This document shows, piece by piece, positions 1 to 9,529 of a DNA stretch of 52,485 bases (positions are counted from its first letter, which is position 1; each line of letters opens with the position of its first letter). A program made the translations under genes and the position numbers. This stretch comes from Deltaproteobacteria bacterium. GTDB lineage: Bacteria; Desulfobacterota; Binatia; UBA12015. The stretch lies in contig JAYGCM010000062.1 in the NCBI GenBank assembly GCA_046583355.1, forward strand, positions 1 through 52,485, written 5' to 3'. Under the pieces are notes generated by a model that saw only the letters and a program-made list of their open reading frames with translations, was not told the DNA's origin and searched no databases.

Positions 1-3
1 CGC

Positions 4-47
4 AAGCGGCGCCCGGATGCAGGCCTACTTTTCGGCCGGACCTCTAG
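4..47. repeat. Right end of MITE-like inverted-repeat element, cut by the window edge
   Basis: AAGCGGCGCCCGGATGCAGGCCTACTTTTCGGCCGGACCTCTAG is nearly identical to 3666-3709 and ends in CTAG. Confidence 0.85.
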
Positions 48-56
48 GGATGCGCG

Positions 57-764
57 TCAGCGCGGCTCGATCGGGTGCGACGCGTCGATCGCGGGTGTCG
101 CCGTCGCCGGCAAAGCGAGCTCCCGGAGTGCGCTCGCGTAGAGACCCTCCTTGAGAGTCCGCATCACGGGAGTGGCCTTGCTCGCCAATGCGGCGGCGGC
201 TTCCACCGCGCGCGGCAAGACCGCGTCCTGATCGGCCACTTCGTCCACAATCCCCGCGGCCCGGGCCTCATTGCCCCCGTAGCGCCTTCCCGTGGTGACC
301 AAGGTAGAGACGCTCGCGGCCGGTATCCGCGCCTGCAGAAGTGCGATCATGCCCGGATGCAAGGGGGCCGGCATATCGATCTCCGGCATGCACCAATAGC
401 CCCGGTCGGCACGCATGATGCGAAAATCGTGTGCGACCGCCAGTTGCCCGCCGGCGCCGAAGGCGTGCCCATTCACGGCCGCAACGGTCGGCGCCGGAAA
501 GCTCAAGATGCGTGCCATAAACCGCAGCGTGCCCTCGATCAAAGGAGCCATATTCTTGCCCCCGTCGGCCATCATCTCGACCAGATCGAAGCCGTTCGAG
601 TAGAACTTGCCGCTGCCTACCGTGACCAGGGCCGAGGGGTTGCCCGCCGCTTCTACTTCGTCGAGCAACTCGTGCAGCCGTGTCACGCTCGCAATCGAGA
701 AGCGGTTCTCGCCCTCGTCCATCCGGAGAACGAAAACGTCCCCGATCCGTTCTAATGAAATCAT
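57..764 (-). CDS. Enoyl-CoA hydratase/isomerase (crotonase) family protein, delta3-delta2 enoyl-CoA isomerase-like
   Basis: Crotonase motifs GKFYSNGFDL, PTVAAVNGHAFGAG, WCMPEID; start overlaps the stop of the upstream gene (TAATG). Confidence 0.92.
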   Translation of the reverse strand: MISLERIGDVFVLRMDEGENRFSIASVTRLHELLDEVEAAGNPSALVTVGSGKFYSNGFDLVEMMADGGKNMAPLIEGTLRFMARILSFPAPTVAAVNGHAFGAGGQLAVAHDFRIMRADRGYWCMPEIDMPAPLHPGMIALLQARIPAASVSTLVTTGRRYGGNEARAAGIVDEVADQDAVLPRAVEAAAALASKATPVMRTLKEGLYASALRELALPATATPAIDASHPIEPR

Positions 765-1630
765 TATTTTGCCTCGTTTTCAGGCTGCAGCAACGTGCGC
801 AGCTCCGCATATACCAGGGGACTGGCCACCAGAATCTCACTCGCATCGAGGAAAAGATCGGTGCCCGAGAAGTTGGTCGCGAGGGCACCCGCACGCCGAG
901 CGATCAAAGCACCGGCGGCGATATCCCAGGCCTGCAGGCCGCGCTCCCAGTAGCCATCGACCCGCCCCATCGCGACCCAGGCCAGGTCCAGCGCCGCCGC
1001 ACCGCAGCGACGCAAATCGCGGCAAAGAGGAAGGATACGATGCCAATCGGCAAGATATTCGTCAGCGCGCTCACGCCGATCATAGGGGAAACCGGTGGCG
1101 ATCAGGCCATCGTGTAGCCGCTCACACGGCGCCACCCCGATGGGCTCGCCGTTGCATTGCGCTGCGCCGCTGGCGGTCGCCGAGAAGAGTTCGTCGCGCA
1201 TCGGGTCGTAGACCACACCGGCAAGCGCACGCGCTTGCGGCTCGGCGCGCAAGCTCCCGCCCGGCACAAAGCCCGTGACCGCGGCAATCGAAACCGCAAA
1301 TTGCGGCACACCGTGGGCGAAATTCACCGTACCATCGAGAGGGTCGACCACCCAGCAGATGTCGGCCGCCGCGGCACCTTGGACGATATCGCTCTCTTCG
1401 GTGAGCCGGGCATGTTGCGGAAAAGCTTGCCCCAACCGGGCGCTGATCAGAGCGTCGGCGGCCCGGTCGGTATCCGTGACCAGGTCGACCGCGTTGGCCT
1501 TGGTCGCAATCTGCCGCACCTGCGGTACGCGCGAGCGAATCAGGGCTCCAGCCTCGCGAGCGACCTCCGCGGCGACGCGCAACAATTCATTCTCATCCCA
1601 TCCAACCATCGCCGCATCTCTAGCATCCAT
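764..1630 (-). CDS. suhB: Inositol monophosphatase family protein (SuhB-like)
   Basis: Motifs DLVTDTD, EE, WVVDPLDGTVNFAHG, WDIAAG; start taken at ATG 1630 (1609 also possible). Confidence 0.88.
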   Translation of the reverse strand: MDARDAAMVGWDENELLRVAAEVAREAGALIRSRVPQVRQIATKANAVDLVTDTDRAADALISARLGQAFPQHARLTEESDIVQGAAAADICWVVDPLDGTVNFAHGVPQFAVSIAAVTGFVPGGSLRAEPQARALAGVVYDPMRDELFSATASGAAQCNGEPIGVAPCERLHDGLIATGFPYDRRERADEYLADWHRILPLCRDLRRCGAAALDLAWVAMGRVDGYWERGLQAWDIAAGALIARRAGALATNFSGTDLFLDASEILVASPLVYAELRTLLQPENEAK

Positions 1631-1770
1631 TTCAGACCACGATTCGGACTGGCAACCCGGCCGCCGGACTGCCAGAACTTTCTCTCCGGCACCTGTCGCC
1701 GGGATCCATCGACAAGATTGTGTTTGTGCCAAGCGCCCGCAGGGGTGCGGCATCCGAGCAAGGAAATCGT

Positions 1771-3546
1771 ATGACTTTCGGCGAAAAACTCTTCACCAGC
1801 TGGACCCAATTGCGCTTCTACGCGCGCCTCGCCCCGAATATGCCCGGCTTCCTGCCCAGCGGATCCTGGAGCGCCTCGCGACTGGTCGAAGAATGCGCCC
1901 GCAAAACGGGCGACAATCCCGCGATTTCTTTCGAGGACCGTCGCTATACCTGGAAAGAGGTCAATGACGAGACCAATCGGTGGGCCAATTTCTTCCGCGC
2001 CCGTGGAATCGGAAGCGGCGATACCGTCGCGATCCTCCTCGACAATTGCCCCGAATACCTCTTTGCGCTCTCCGGCCTCGGACGAATCCGCGCCGTCGCC
2101 GCCCTGATCAATACCAATATTTCAGGCAAGGGATTGGTCCATGCTTTGGAGATCTCGAAGGCTTGCGCCGGTATCGTCGGCTCCGAGCACGCCAGCAAAC
2201 TGAATGAAGTTCTGAGCGAACTCCCCGACCTTCCCGAAGAGATGATCTTTGAGGAGACCGCCGAGGTCGGCACCTCCCTGCTCTTCGCCTCGGCCGCCGA
2301 GGCCGTTGGCAGCTGCAATGCGATTCCGCCCGAAGGCATCGGCCTGCCCCAGGGCGATGATCCCATGTGCTATATCTACACCTCGGGCACGACCGGCCTT
2401 CCCAAGGCTGCGATCATCAAGAATTCACGATGGTTTGCCGCCGCCTCGCTCTTCGGACTCGGGCTTCTGGAGCTGAAACCCGGCGATATCAACTACGTGA
2501 CATTGCCGCTCTACCACTCCAGCGCGATGTTCGCGGGCTGGGGGGCGGTACTCACAGGCGGTGCCGGCATCGCCCTGAGGCGGAAGTTCTCCGCATCGAA
2601 CTTCTGGAGCGATATTCGGCGCCACAAGGCCACCTCCTTTGTCTATATCGGCGAACTCCTGCGCTACCTGCTGAACCAACCCGAGAAGGCAGACGACCAG
2701 GACCACGCCATCCGCGTCATCACGGGCAACGGCTTGCGCCCGGATATCTGGGAGAAATTCAGCGAACGCTTCGGCATTGAAGAGATCCGCGAGTTCTACG
2801 GCGCCACCGAGGGCAACGCGCCCACCGTCAATCTAGAAAATAAACCCGGCATGGTCGGCCGCCTCGGCATCGGCCAGACCATCGTGAAATGCGACCTCGA
2901 AAGCGGCGCAGTCCTACGCGACACGGACGGCTTCTGTACGCTCGTCACCGACGGTGAGATCGGCCTGCTGGTCGCCAAAATCTCTACGACTTCGCCCTTC
3001 GACGGCTACGCGGACAAGAAGGCGACCGCGAAGAAAATCCTCTCCGACGTATTTATAAAGGGCGACAGCTATTTCAACTCAGGCGACCTGCTGATGCTGC
3101 ACGAGAATAGCTGGATCTCGTTTGCCGATCGCGTCGGCGACACGTTTCGCTGGAAGGGCGAGAACGTCTCAACCAACGAAGTTGCCGAAACCCTCAACGA
3201 CGCCCCCGGCGTACTCGAGAGCAACGTATACGGCGTCATCGTTCCGGGGGCCGACGGTCGTGCCGGAATGGCAAGCCTGAATTGCTCCGAGAGTTTCTCC
3301 TTGTCTGCGTTCGCCGCCTTCGTGACGGAAAAACTGCCGGTCTACCAGCGCCCCTATTTCCTGCGCCTCCAGAAAGATATGCGCATCACCGGCACCTTCA
3401 AGCATCAAAAAGTCGACTACCGCAAAGAAGGCTACGACCCGGCCCTGGTCCAGGACCCGCTCTACCTCTTCGAAGGCGGCCAATACCAGGCCATCGATCC
3501 CGGCGTGTTCGAGGCGATTCAATCCGGCGAAAAACAGCTCCGCTAG
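1771..3546 (+). CDS. Long-chain acyl-CoA synthetase, FATP/FadD6-like
   Basis: YIYTSGTTGLPK AMP-binding motif, YGATEG, FATP signature DRVGDTFRWKGENVST; AAGGA RBS before ATG 1771. Confidence 0.93.
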   Translation: MTFGEKLFTSWTQLRFYARLAPNMPGFLPSGSWSASRLVEECARKTGDNPAISFEDRRYTWKEVNDETNRWANFFRARGIGSGDTVAILLDNCPEYLFALSGLGRIRAVAALINTNISGKGLVHALEISKACAGIVGSEHASKLNEVLSELPDLPEEMIFEETAEVGTSLLFASAAEAVGSCNAIPPEGIGLPQGDDPMCYIYTSGTTGLPKAAIIKNSRWFAAASLFGLGLLELKPGDINYVTLPLYHSSAMFAGWGAVLTGGAGIALRRKFSASNFWSDIRRHKATSFVYIGELLRYLLNQPEKADDQDHAIRVITGNGLRPDIWEKFSERFGIEEIREFYGATEGNAPTVNLENKPGMVGRLGIGQTIVKCDLESGAVLRDTDGFCTLVTDGEIGLLVAKISTTSPFDGYADKKATAKKILSDVFIKGDSYFNSGDLLMLHENSWISFADRVGDTFRWKGENVSTNEVAETLNDAPGVLESNVYGVIVPGADGRAGMASLNCSESFSLSAFAAFVTEKLPVYQRPYFLRLQKDMRITGTFKHQKVDYRKEGYDPALVQDPLYLFEGGQYQAIDPGVFEAIQSGEKQLR

Positions 3547-3709
3547 AGGCGCGGCCGAAGAGTAGGGCTTGGCACAGAGGGCGTCGATTCTGGCGGCTGA
3601 CAAGGAAGGCGACCGAGGAATAGCACAGCTATTCCGAGAGGAGCCTGACGAAGTCCAGCAGCCAGAAGCGGCGCCCGGATGCAGGCCTACTTTTCGGCCG
3701 GGCCGCTAG
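3543..3709. mobile_element. Complete non-autonomous MITE/REPIN-like element (about 167 bp) with about 55 bp imperfect terminal inverted repeats and CTAG at both ends
   Basis: Left arm (C)TAGAGGCGCGGCCGAAGAGTAGGGCTTGGCACAGAGGGCGTCGATTCTGGCGGCTG is an imperfect reverse complement of right arm CAGCAGCCAGAAGCGGCGCCCGGATGCAGGCCTACTTTTCGGCCGGGCCGCTAG. Central hairpin GGAATAGC-ACA-GCTATTCC. Partial copies occur elsewhere in the window. Confidence 0.8.
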
Positions 3710-5043
3710 AGGCGCGGTGGGGATTGCTCGGCGAGCAGAAAGGCGTAGGCCCGGCGCGCCCGTTCCGCCTGCCCGAGGCCGGTAAAATGGAGGCCGTCGG
3801 CGCGGAAAAAGGAGCGCGGCATCGCCGAGTGGAAGTCGAGAATCTGTTCGCTGGGCCACGTGCTGCGAATCGCCGCATTGAGGGCGTCCAGCGCGCCCGG
3901 TGGGCCGATGCCGTCGTAACGCGGCGGCACGAGGGCGACAAAGAAATCCGCGCCGGTCGCCAGAACCTTTTTCTCGAATTCCTGCATCTTGCCGACGCGG
4001 TCAGCCGCATCACCCTCGATATCGTCCGCATGAAAATAGTCGAGGTCGTTGGTTCCGAGTGCCAGCAGAACGGCATCGGGCGCCTCGGCAAGAGCCTGCT
4101 CCAGGAGAAACGCTCCGCGCTTCGATTCCCCGAAACTGCGTAGCCCGGCGCCGACTTCCGAGGAGTTCACGATTTCGAAATCGCTCCGCCAGACCTCATC
4201 GCGCAAGACGACACACCAGCTCATGGGGCGGATATCCACGACGAGGACAGTGTTGGAATCACCAACACAGGCAAAACGAAGCACGCCATCGGCATTGCGG
4301 TCCCGCAGGCGCAAGCGATCATCGGCCCCACGCAACAAGCGCAGAGGATCTTCGCTGGTCGCGTAGGCCGCCACAGTGAGAGCCGGGTCGCCGGGGTGGC
4401 GCCGCCAGCCAATCAACTCTCCGGGCTGAGCCCGGGCGGCCACTCGCGCCGGGACCAAAATGACGCCAAGCCAAACCGAGGCGCTCGCTTCTATGGTCAG
4501 CGTCGGGGAAAAAATATCGTCACGGGAGAGCATGACCGAATTCTTGCTGCCCCGCTCGGGGTCACGCAGACCCGCCAGGTAGCCGTACGCCAGGCCGATT
4601 CGCACCAGCGGCGCGCTGCCGGGAAGATCGACGCGGCCCCGCACCTCCATTGTCCGAGCATCCAGAGCGACCAACTCTCCGGCGGGATCGTCCACACCGA
4701 GATAGATCACATCCGGCAAGAGCAGCAACGCGGTCACTGTCGCGCCGAGCTCGACGCGCGAGACGATCCGTGGCGATTGGGGGTCCTCCAGATCGATGCG
4801 GAAATACTCGGCACCCGGATTCGCCTCGACACCAAGATGCACAAGAGAACCTTCCAGCTCGAGAACGCTAGCCGGGCCGGGCAAGCCGGCCAGTCCTGCG
4901 GCGCCACCCGCCACCGCCCACTGCGGCGCCCAAAGCAGAAGCAGCGACAGAAGAACCGCGGTGGCAATCCGCCTGAAAATCGGGCCGAAAAGCGGGCCCG
5001 CATCCGGCCGCCGCTGCTGGCGGCTGGTCACGTTTTGCAACAA
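3706..5043 (-). CDS. Secreted SGNH/GDSL hydrolase with an N-terminal beta-rich (LVIVD-like) region
   Basis: Hydrophobic signal-like segment (AVLLSLLLLWAPQWAVA); SGNH blocks GDSNT, LGTND, DGLHF; start uncertain. Confidence 0.8.
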   Translation of the reverse strand: MLQNVTSRQQRRPDAGPLFGPIFRRIATAVLLSLLLLWAPQWAVAGGAAGLAGLPGPASVLELEGSLVHLGVEANPGAEYFRIDLEDPQSPRIVSRVELGATVTALLLLPDVIYLGVDDPAGELVALDARTMEVRGRVDLPGSAPLVRIGLAYGYLAGLRDPERGSKNSVMLSRDDIFSPTLTIEASASVWLGVILVPARVAARAQPGELIGWRRHPGDPALTVAAYATSEDPLRLLRGADDRLRLRDRNADGVLRFACVGDSNTVLVVDIRPMSWCVVLRDEVWRSDFEIVNSSEVGAGLRSFGESKRGAFLLEQALAEAPDAVLLALGTNDLDYFHADDIEGDAADRVGKMQEFEKKVLATGADFFVALVPPRYDGIGPPGALDALNAAIRSTWPSEQILDFHSAMPRSFFRADGLHFTGLGQAERARRAYAFLLAEQSPPRL

Positions 5044-5054
5044 GAAGATGCCTT

Positions 5055-5420
5055 CTATTGCTTCTTTTTGTGAGCAGCGATGGCCTTGGTCGCTTCGCCC
5101 AGCGCGGCCGTGGCGCGCGGCCAGCCAGCATAATGCGCCACCTGAATCGGAATCTCTTCGATCTCTTCTGGCGTGAGGTCGCCGCGGCTGAGCGCCTGTC
5201 TCATATGAACGGCCAGGTTCCCGGGGTCGCCAAGCGCGCTGAGAATACCCAGAACAAGAAGACGTCGGTCGCGGATCGACAATGCTTCGTTGCCCCAGAC
5301 ATCGGCGAAGAGATTATCTACCGTCAGCTCCAAAAATCGGCTCGATTGCCCCGGATCGACGGCGATCCCGCAGACATCCTGCATCAGCCGCAGGCCTTTT
5401 TCGCGTTTGGTTTCTGCCAT
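5055..5420 (-). CDS. Carboxymuconolactone decarboxylase (CMD/AhpD-like) family protein
   Basis: LFADVW...LSIRDRRLLVLGILSALG...HMRQAL...QVAHYAGWPRA pattern typical of PcaC-like proteins. Confidence 0.88.
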   Translation of the reverse strand: MAETKREKGLRLMQDVCGIAVDPGQSSRFLELTVDNLFADVWGNEALSIRDRRLLVLGILSALGDPGNLAVHMRQALSRGDLTPEEIEEIPIQVAHYAGWPRATAALGEATKAIAAHKKKQ

Positions 5421-5480
5421 TCTGCGTTCCTACCCTGAGCGAAGGGTGACGACCAGCGCTCCTGAAGGTCCAGCGCGGGT

Positions 5481-6287
5481 TCAGTCCCAACCCGACCAGA
5501 AAACGATCACGAGCACGCCGCCCACGACGATCCGGTACCAGCCGAAGGGACGCAAGGAGTTCGATTGCACGAAGCGCAGGAAGACGTGGATCACCACGAT
5601 CGAGCTGATATAGGCGGTGATAAGACCAACGACCATGCCGAGACCGAGCTCGTCGGTGAGACGATCACGCGCTTTCCAGATCGTGTAGAAGCAAGCGCCG
5701 TACATCGTCGGCAGCGCCAAAAGGAACGAAAAATCGGTCGCCACACGCCGGTCGAGACCAGCCACGAGTCCCGTGAGAATCGTCGAACCCGAGCGTGAAA
5801 CACCGGGGAAAAGCGCCAGGCATTGACCGAAACCGATCGCCAGGGCTTGGCCCCAACTCACAGCCTCCAGCGTCGCCGTGCGACCTTGGCGCTGCGGCCC
5901 ATCAATCAACAAGATGAGCACGCCACCCACGACCAGCATCGAGGAGACGAAGCCCGGACGAAACAGCCAGGTCTCGATCAGGTCATGAAAGGCCAGGCCA
6001 ATCACCGCCGCCGGCAGGAAGGCCAACGCAATCTTTCCAACGAAAGCACGGGTTTTCGGCTGGCTCGACAGCCCGCCGGCAATACCGAAAAGACGCTCAC
6101 GGTAGACCCAGGTGAGCGCCAGCATGGCACCCAGCTGAATGATGATCTCGAACTCGGGCGTGCCATAATCGAGATAATGCGACACGAGAATCAGGTGCCC
6201 GGTCGAAGATACGGGCAAAAACTCGGTCAGGCCTTCGACAATTCCGAGAATCGCGGCCTTCCAGATGGTCGTCAGGGTATCGTTCAA
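5481..6287 (-). CDS. uppP: Undecaprenyl-diphosphate phosphatase
   Basis: BacA signatures GIVEGLTEFLPVSSTGH and PGVSRSGSTI; GAGGAG RBS before TTG 6287. Confidence 0.95.
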   Translation of the reverse strand: MNDTLTTIWKAAILGIVEGLTEFLPVSSTGHLILVSHYLDYGTPEFEIIIQLGAMLALTWVYRERLFGIAGGLSSQPKTRAFVGKIALAFLPAAVIGLAFHDLIETWLFRPGFVSSMLVVGGVLILLIDGPQRQGRTATLEAVSWGQALAIGFGQCLALFPGVSRSGSTILTGLVAGLDRRVATDFSFLLALPTMYGACFYTIWKARDRLTDELGLGMVVGLITAYISSIVVIHVFLRFVQSNSLRPFGWYRIVVGGVLVIVFWSGWD

Positions 6288-6403
6288 TGCAGACTCCTCA
6301 TTGCGAGGCGTTTTGGCATCGACTAGCCTCAGCTGCAATTCCCGTGTGCCATCCACCGGCAGCCGCCCCGGCATACCGGGCTAGCGCCCCGGAGAAATCG
6401 ACT

Positions 6404-6892
6404 ATGACTCGAAAATCCAAATTCCTTCTCGGATCGTTCCTGATTGTCGCCGCAGTGGCGACCCTGATCTACTCAGCAGTGCAGGAAACTTCTGCCTATT
6501 TCCTCACCATGGAGGAATATGCCGCGGCCGACGGCCGCCACGACGGCATGCCGCTGCGACTGGCCGGGCGCGTAGCCGAGGGCACGCTCGACTGGAACCC
6601 GCGCACACTCGACCTCGCCTTCGTGATCCAACCGATCCCGGAGAAAAAAGCGAGCCATCAGGAGCGCGCGGCCGTGGAGCTGCCCGAAGGAGCTATCACC
6701 ACCCTGCCGGTCGAGTTCAACGGCATTCTGCCTGATATGTTCGCCGAAGGGCGTGATGTCATCGTCGAAGGATCGGTCACGGGCGGGGTCTTCACCGCCA
6801 ATACATTGCTCACGACTTGCCCCTCCAAATACGAGGCCGAGATCGTAGACGAGTCCGCCGGCGGAGTGGCAAAGCCGGCCGCGACCCTCTAG
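6404..6892 (+). CDS. ccmE: Cytochrome c maturation heme chaperone CcmE, CxxxY variant
   Basis: N-terminal anchor, GILPDMFAEGRDVIVEG, and CPSKY in place of the HxxxY heme-binding motif; adjacent to ccmF. Confidence 0.92.
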   Translation: MTRKSKFLLGSFLIVAAVATLIYSAVQETSAYFLTMEEYAAADGRHDGMPLRLAGRVAEGTLDWNPRTLDLAFVIQPIPEKKASHQERAAVELPEGAITTLPVEFNGILPDMFAEGRDVIVEGSVTGGVFTANTLLTTCPSKYEAEIVDESAGGVAKPAATL

Positions 6893-6903
6893 CCTTCGTG
6901 TTT

Positions 6904-8910
6904 ATGAGTGAGATCGGCCGCCTGGCCATTGTGCTGGGCTTCATCGTCGCCGTTTGGGGCGTATTGGCGAGTATCGTCGGGGGCGTCCTGCACAACCCGC
7001 GCGTGATCCGCAGCGGCCGCAACGCGGCCTGGGCCTTCACCGCGCTCGTCACGATTGCCACCATCTGCCTCCTGCAGTTGCTGCTCGCACACGATTTCAA
7101 CGTCGAATACGTCGCCAGCTACAGCTCCTCGACCCTTCCCGTCAGCTATACATTTGCGGCGCTCTGGGGCGGCATGAAAGGTTCGCTCCTTTTCTGGACC
7201 TTCATCCTTTGCGTATTCACCGGGGTGGTATTGGCGCAGAATCGCCACAAAAATACCGCGCTCATGCCCTGGGTAATCGCGACGCTGCTGAGCACCGGCG
7301 CCTACTTCCTCTCGCTTCTGGTCTTCATCACCGACCCCTTTGAGCGCCTGCCCTTCGTGCCGCTCGAAGGCTCGGACCTGAACCCACTGCTGCAAAATTA
7401 TTGGATGACGATTCATCCGCCTGCGCTCTATCTTGGCTTTGTCGCCACCACCGTTCCCTTCGCCTTCGCGATCGGTGCGCTGGCCACCGGGCAACTGGGC
7501 GACACATGGATCCGCACAACGCGGCGCTGGTCGCTGCTGGCCTGGTTCTTCCTCTCGCTGGGCAACCTCTTCGGCGCCGCATGGGCCTATGTGGTGCTCG
7601 GCTGGGGCGGCTATTGGGCCTGGGATCCGGTCGAGAACGCCGCCTTCATGCCGTGGCTCACCTCCACCGCCTTGATCCACTCCGTCATGATCCAGGAGAA
7701 GAAGGGCATGCTGAAGGTGTGGAATCTATCGTTGGTGATCCTCACCTTCGCACTCACGATCTTCGGCACCTTCCTCACCCGCTCCGGTGTCATCTCGTCA
7801 GTCCATTCCTTTACCCAATCCGGAATGGGGCCTTTTTTCATGGGCTTCCTGATCACCTTATTGGTGATCTCCATCGGCATGCTGATCTGGCGCCTGCCGC
7901 TGCTGCGCAGCCACAACGAACTCGAGTCGGTCTTCTCCCGCGAGGCCGCCTTCCTGCTGAACAACCTGCTCTTCGTCGGCATCGCGTTCACGGTTTTCTG
8001 GGGAACGGTCTTTCCGGTCATCACGGAATGGGTACGCGGCGTGAAAATCACCGTCGGACCGCCTTTCTTCAACCGCGTCAACGCACCACTCGCCTTGGCC
8101 CTGATCTTCCTGATGGGCGTAGGCCCGGCGATTGCCTGGCGCCGCGCCACCTGGCCCAGCCTGCGACGCAGCTTCGCTTCGTCGTCGACCTTCGGCGTCC
8201 TGGTCGGCGGCGTCTCGCTTTTCATCGCTGGTGGTAATTTCTACTCGACCGTCGCCTTCTCGATTGCCGCCTTCGCATTCGCCACCGTGATCATCGAATT
8301 CTGGCGCGGCATGCGGGTACGCCAGACCATGATGGGCGAGAAGCCCTGGACGGCGCTCTCGCGCCTCATCGGCAAAAACCGGCGACGCTACGGCGGCTAT
8401 ATCGTGCATATCGGGATCGTGATGATCTTCGTCGGCATCGTCGCCTCCTCGATTCTTCGGGTCGAAAAACAGGAAGCGCTGGAGATCGGCGAGACCCTTC
8501 CGATTGCCGGCTATGTGCTGCGCTACGACGGCGTGGAAGACCATTCCGACGATCACGTCGAGGTGATGCGCGCGATCCTCACGGTCTTCAACGACTCCGG
8601 TGAGGAAATCGGCGTGGTCACACCCGAGAAGCGGTTCTACAAAAAGCCCGAACAGCCAACGACGGAGGTCTCGATCCGCTCGACGCTCGCCGAAGATCTT
8701 TATGTCGTACTCGGCAGCTACGACCCCGAAACCGGCCTGGGAATCTTCCAGGTCTTCGTCAACCCAATGATTGCCTGGATGTGGATCGGCGGCTGGGTAC
8801 TCGTCTTCGGCACCGGCATCTGCATGTGGCCCTCCTGGGCCGAACGCCTCGCGGTGGCTGCCGAGCGCCAGCAAGAAGAGGGGGCGCCCGGCGGCGCTCG
8901 CAACGCATGA
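6904..8910 (+). CDS. ccmF: Cytochrome c heme lyase CcmF
   Basis: WWD motif WGGYWAWDPVENA, HPP, RSG..SVHSF, YGGYIVHIG; many TM helices. Confidence 0.97.
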   Translation: MSEIGRLAIVLGFIVAVWGVLASIVGGVLHNPRVIRSGRNAAWAFTALVTIATICLLQLLLAHDFNVEYVASYSSSTLPVSYTFAALWGGMKGSLLFWTFILCVFTGVVLAQNRHKNTALMPWVIATLLSTGAYFLSLLVFITDPFERLPFVPLEGSDLNPLLQNYWMTIHPPALYLGFVATTVPFAFAIGALATGQLGDTWIRTTRRWSLLAWFFLSLGNLFGAAWAYVVLGWGGYWAWDPVENAAFMPWLTSTALIHSVMIQEKKGMLKVWNLSLVILTFALTIFGTFLTRSGVISSVHSFTQSGMGPFFMGFLITLLVISIGMLIWRLPLLRSHNELESVFSREAAFLLNNLLFVGIAFTVFWGTVFPVITEWVRGVKITVGPPFFNRVNAPLALALIFLMGVGPAIAWRRATWPSLRRSFASSSTFGVLVGGVSLFIAGGNFYSTVAFSIAAFAFATVIIEFWRGMRVRQTMMGEKPWTALSRLIGKNRRRYGGYIVHIGIVMIFVGIVASSILRVEKQEALEIGETLPIAGYVLRYDGVEDHSDDHVEVMRAILTVFNDSGEEIGVVTPEKRFYKKPEQPTTEVSIRSTLAEDLYVVLGSYDPETGLGIFQVFVNPMIAWMWIGGWVLVFGTGICMWPSWAERLAVAAERQQEEGAPGGARNA

Positions 8911-9521
8911 TGGCCTGGCTATCCACACAGCGCCCATTGCTCCCCTCGCGCGCGACAACGCCCCCAGCCTATGCGAAAATCGACTTGTCGCCGCGGCGCC
9001 TGCCGCGCCGCGTGCTTGTAGGTGGCCGCGCGCTTCTGGGAGCCTTGCTGCTCACCTTGAGCGCGGGCTGCGGCGTGCTCGGCCCGGTCGACTCCAACCA
9101 GGACAACCCCACCCAATGGCAGGTCGAGAGCGAACTCACCTGCCAATGCGGCTGCGGACTCACCGTCCACTCCTGCAACCACCTCAGCTGCAGCTCGGGC
9201 GAACCCCTGAAGCGCGAAGTGGCCGGACAGATTGCGACCGGTGGTAACCTCGCCGAGGTTCTCGCTCATTTCGAGAACAAATACGGCGAAATCATCCTCT
9301 CGGTTCCGACCCAACGCGGCTTCAACCTGGCCGCCTGGATCGTCCCATTCGTCATGCTCGGCCTGGGTGGCATCGGCATCGCCGTAATGCTGCGCGGCTG
9401 GCGCCGCGGCAAAGGCCCCGGCGACGACGACGGCGGGGACGCCGCCGATGCCGTGACCACCGACCCGGGCCTGCGCGCGCGGCTCGAAGAAGAACTCGAA
9501 AAATTCGACCGGCGCAGCTGA
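8907..9521 (+). CDS. ccmH: CcmH-like cytochrome c biogenesis protein, Cys-rich variant
   Basis: ATGA overlap with ccmF; LTCQCGC...SCNHLSC; KYGEIILSVP..GFNLAAWIVP followed by a TM helix, as in CcmH/NrfF/CycL. Confidence 0.75.
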   Translation: MMAWLSTQRPLLPSRATTPPAYAKIDLSPRRLPRRVLVGGRALLGALLLTLSAGCGVLGPVDSNQDNPTQWQVESELTCQCGCGLTVHSCNHLSCSSGEPLKREVAGQIATGGNLAEVLAHFENKYGEIILSVPTQRGFNLAAWIVPFVMLGLGGIGIAVMLRGWRRGKGPGDDDGGDAADAVTTDPGLRARLEEELEKFDRRS

Positions 9522-9529
9522 AGGACTCC

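Noticed and set aside
3543..3709. Repeats as a possible CRISPR array
   Set aside because: The copies are dispersed and inverted, not regularly spaced direct repeats with spacers, and no cas genes are present.
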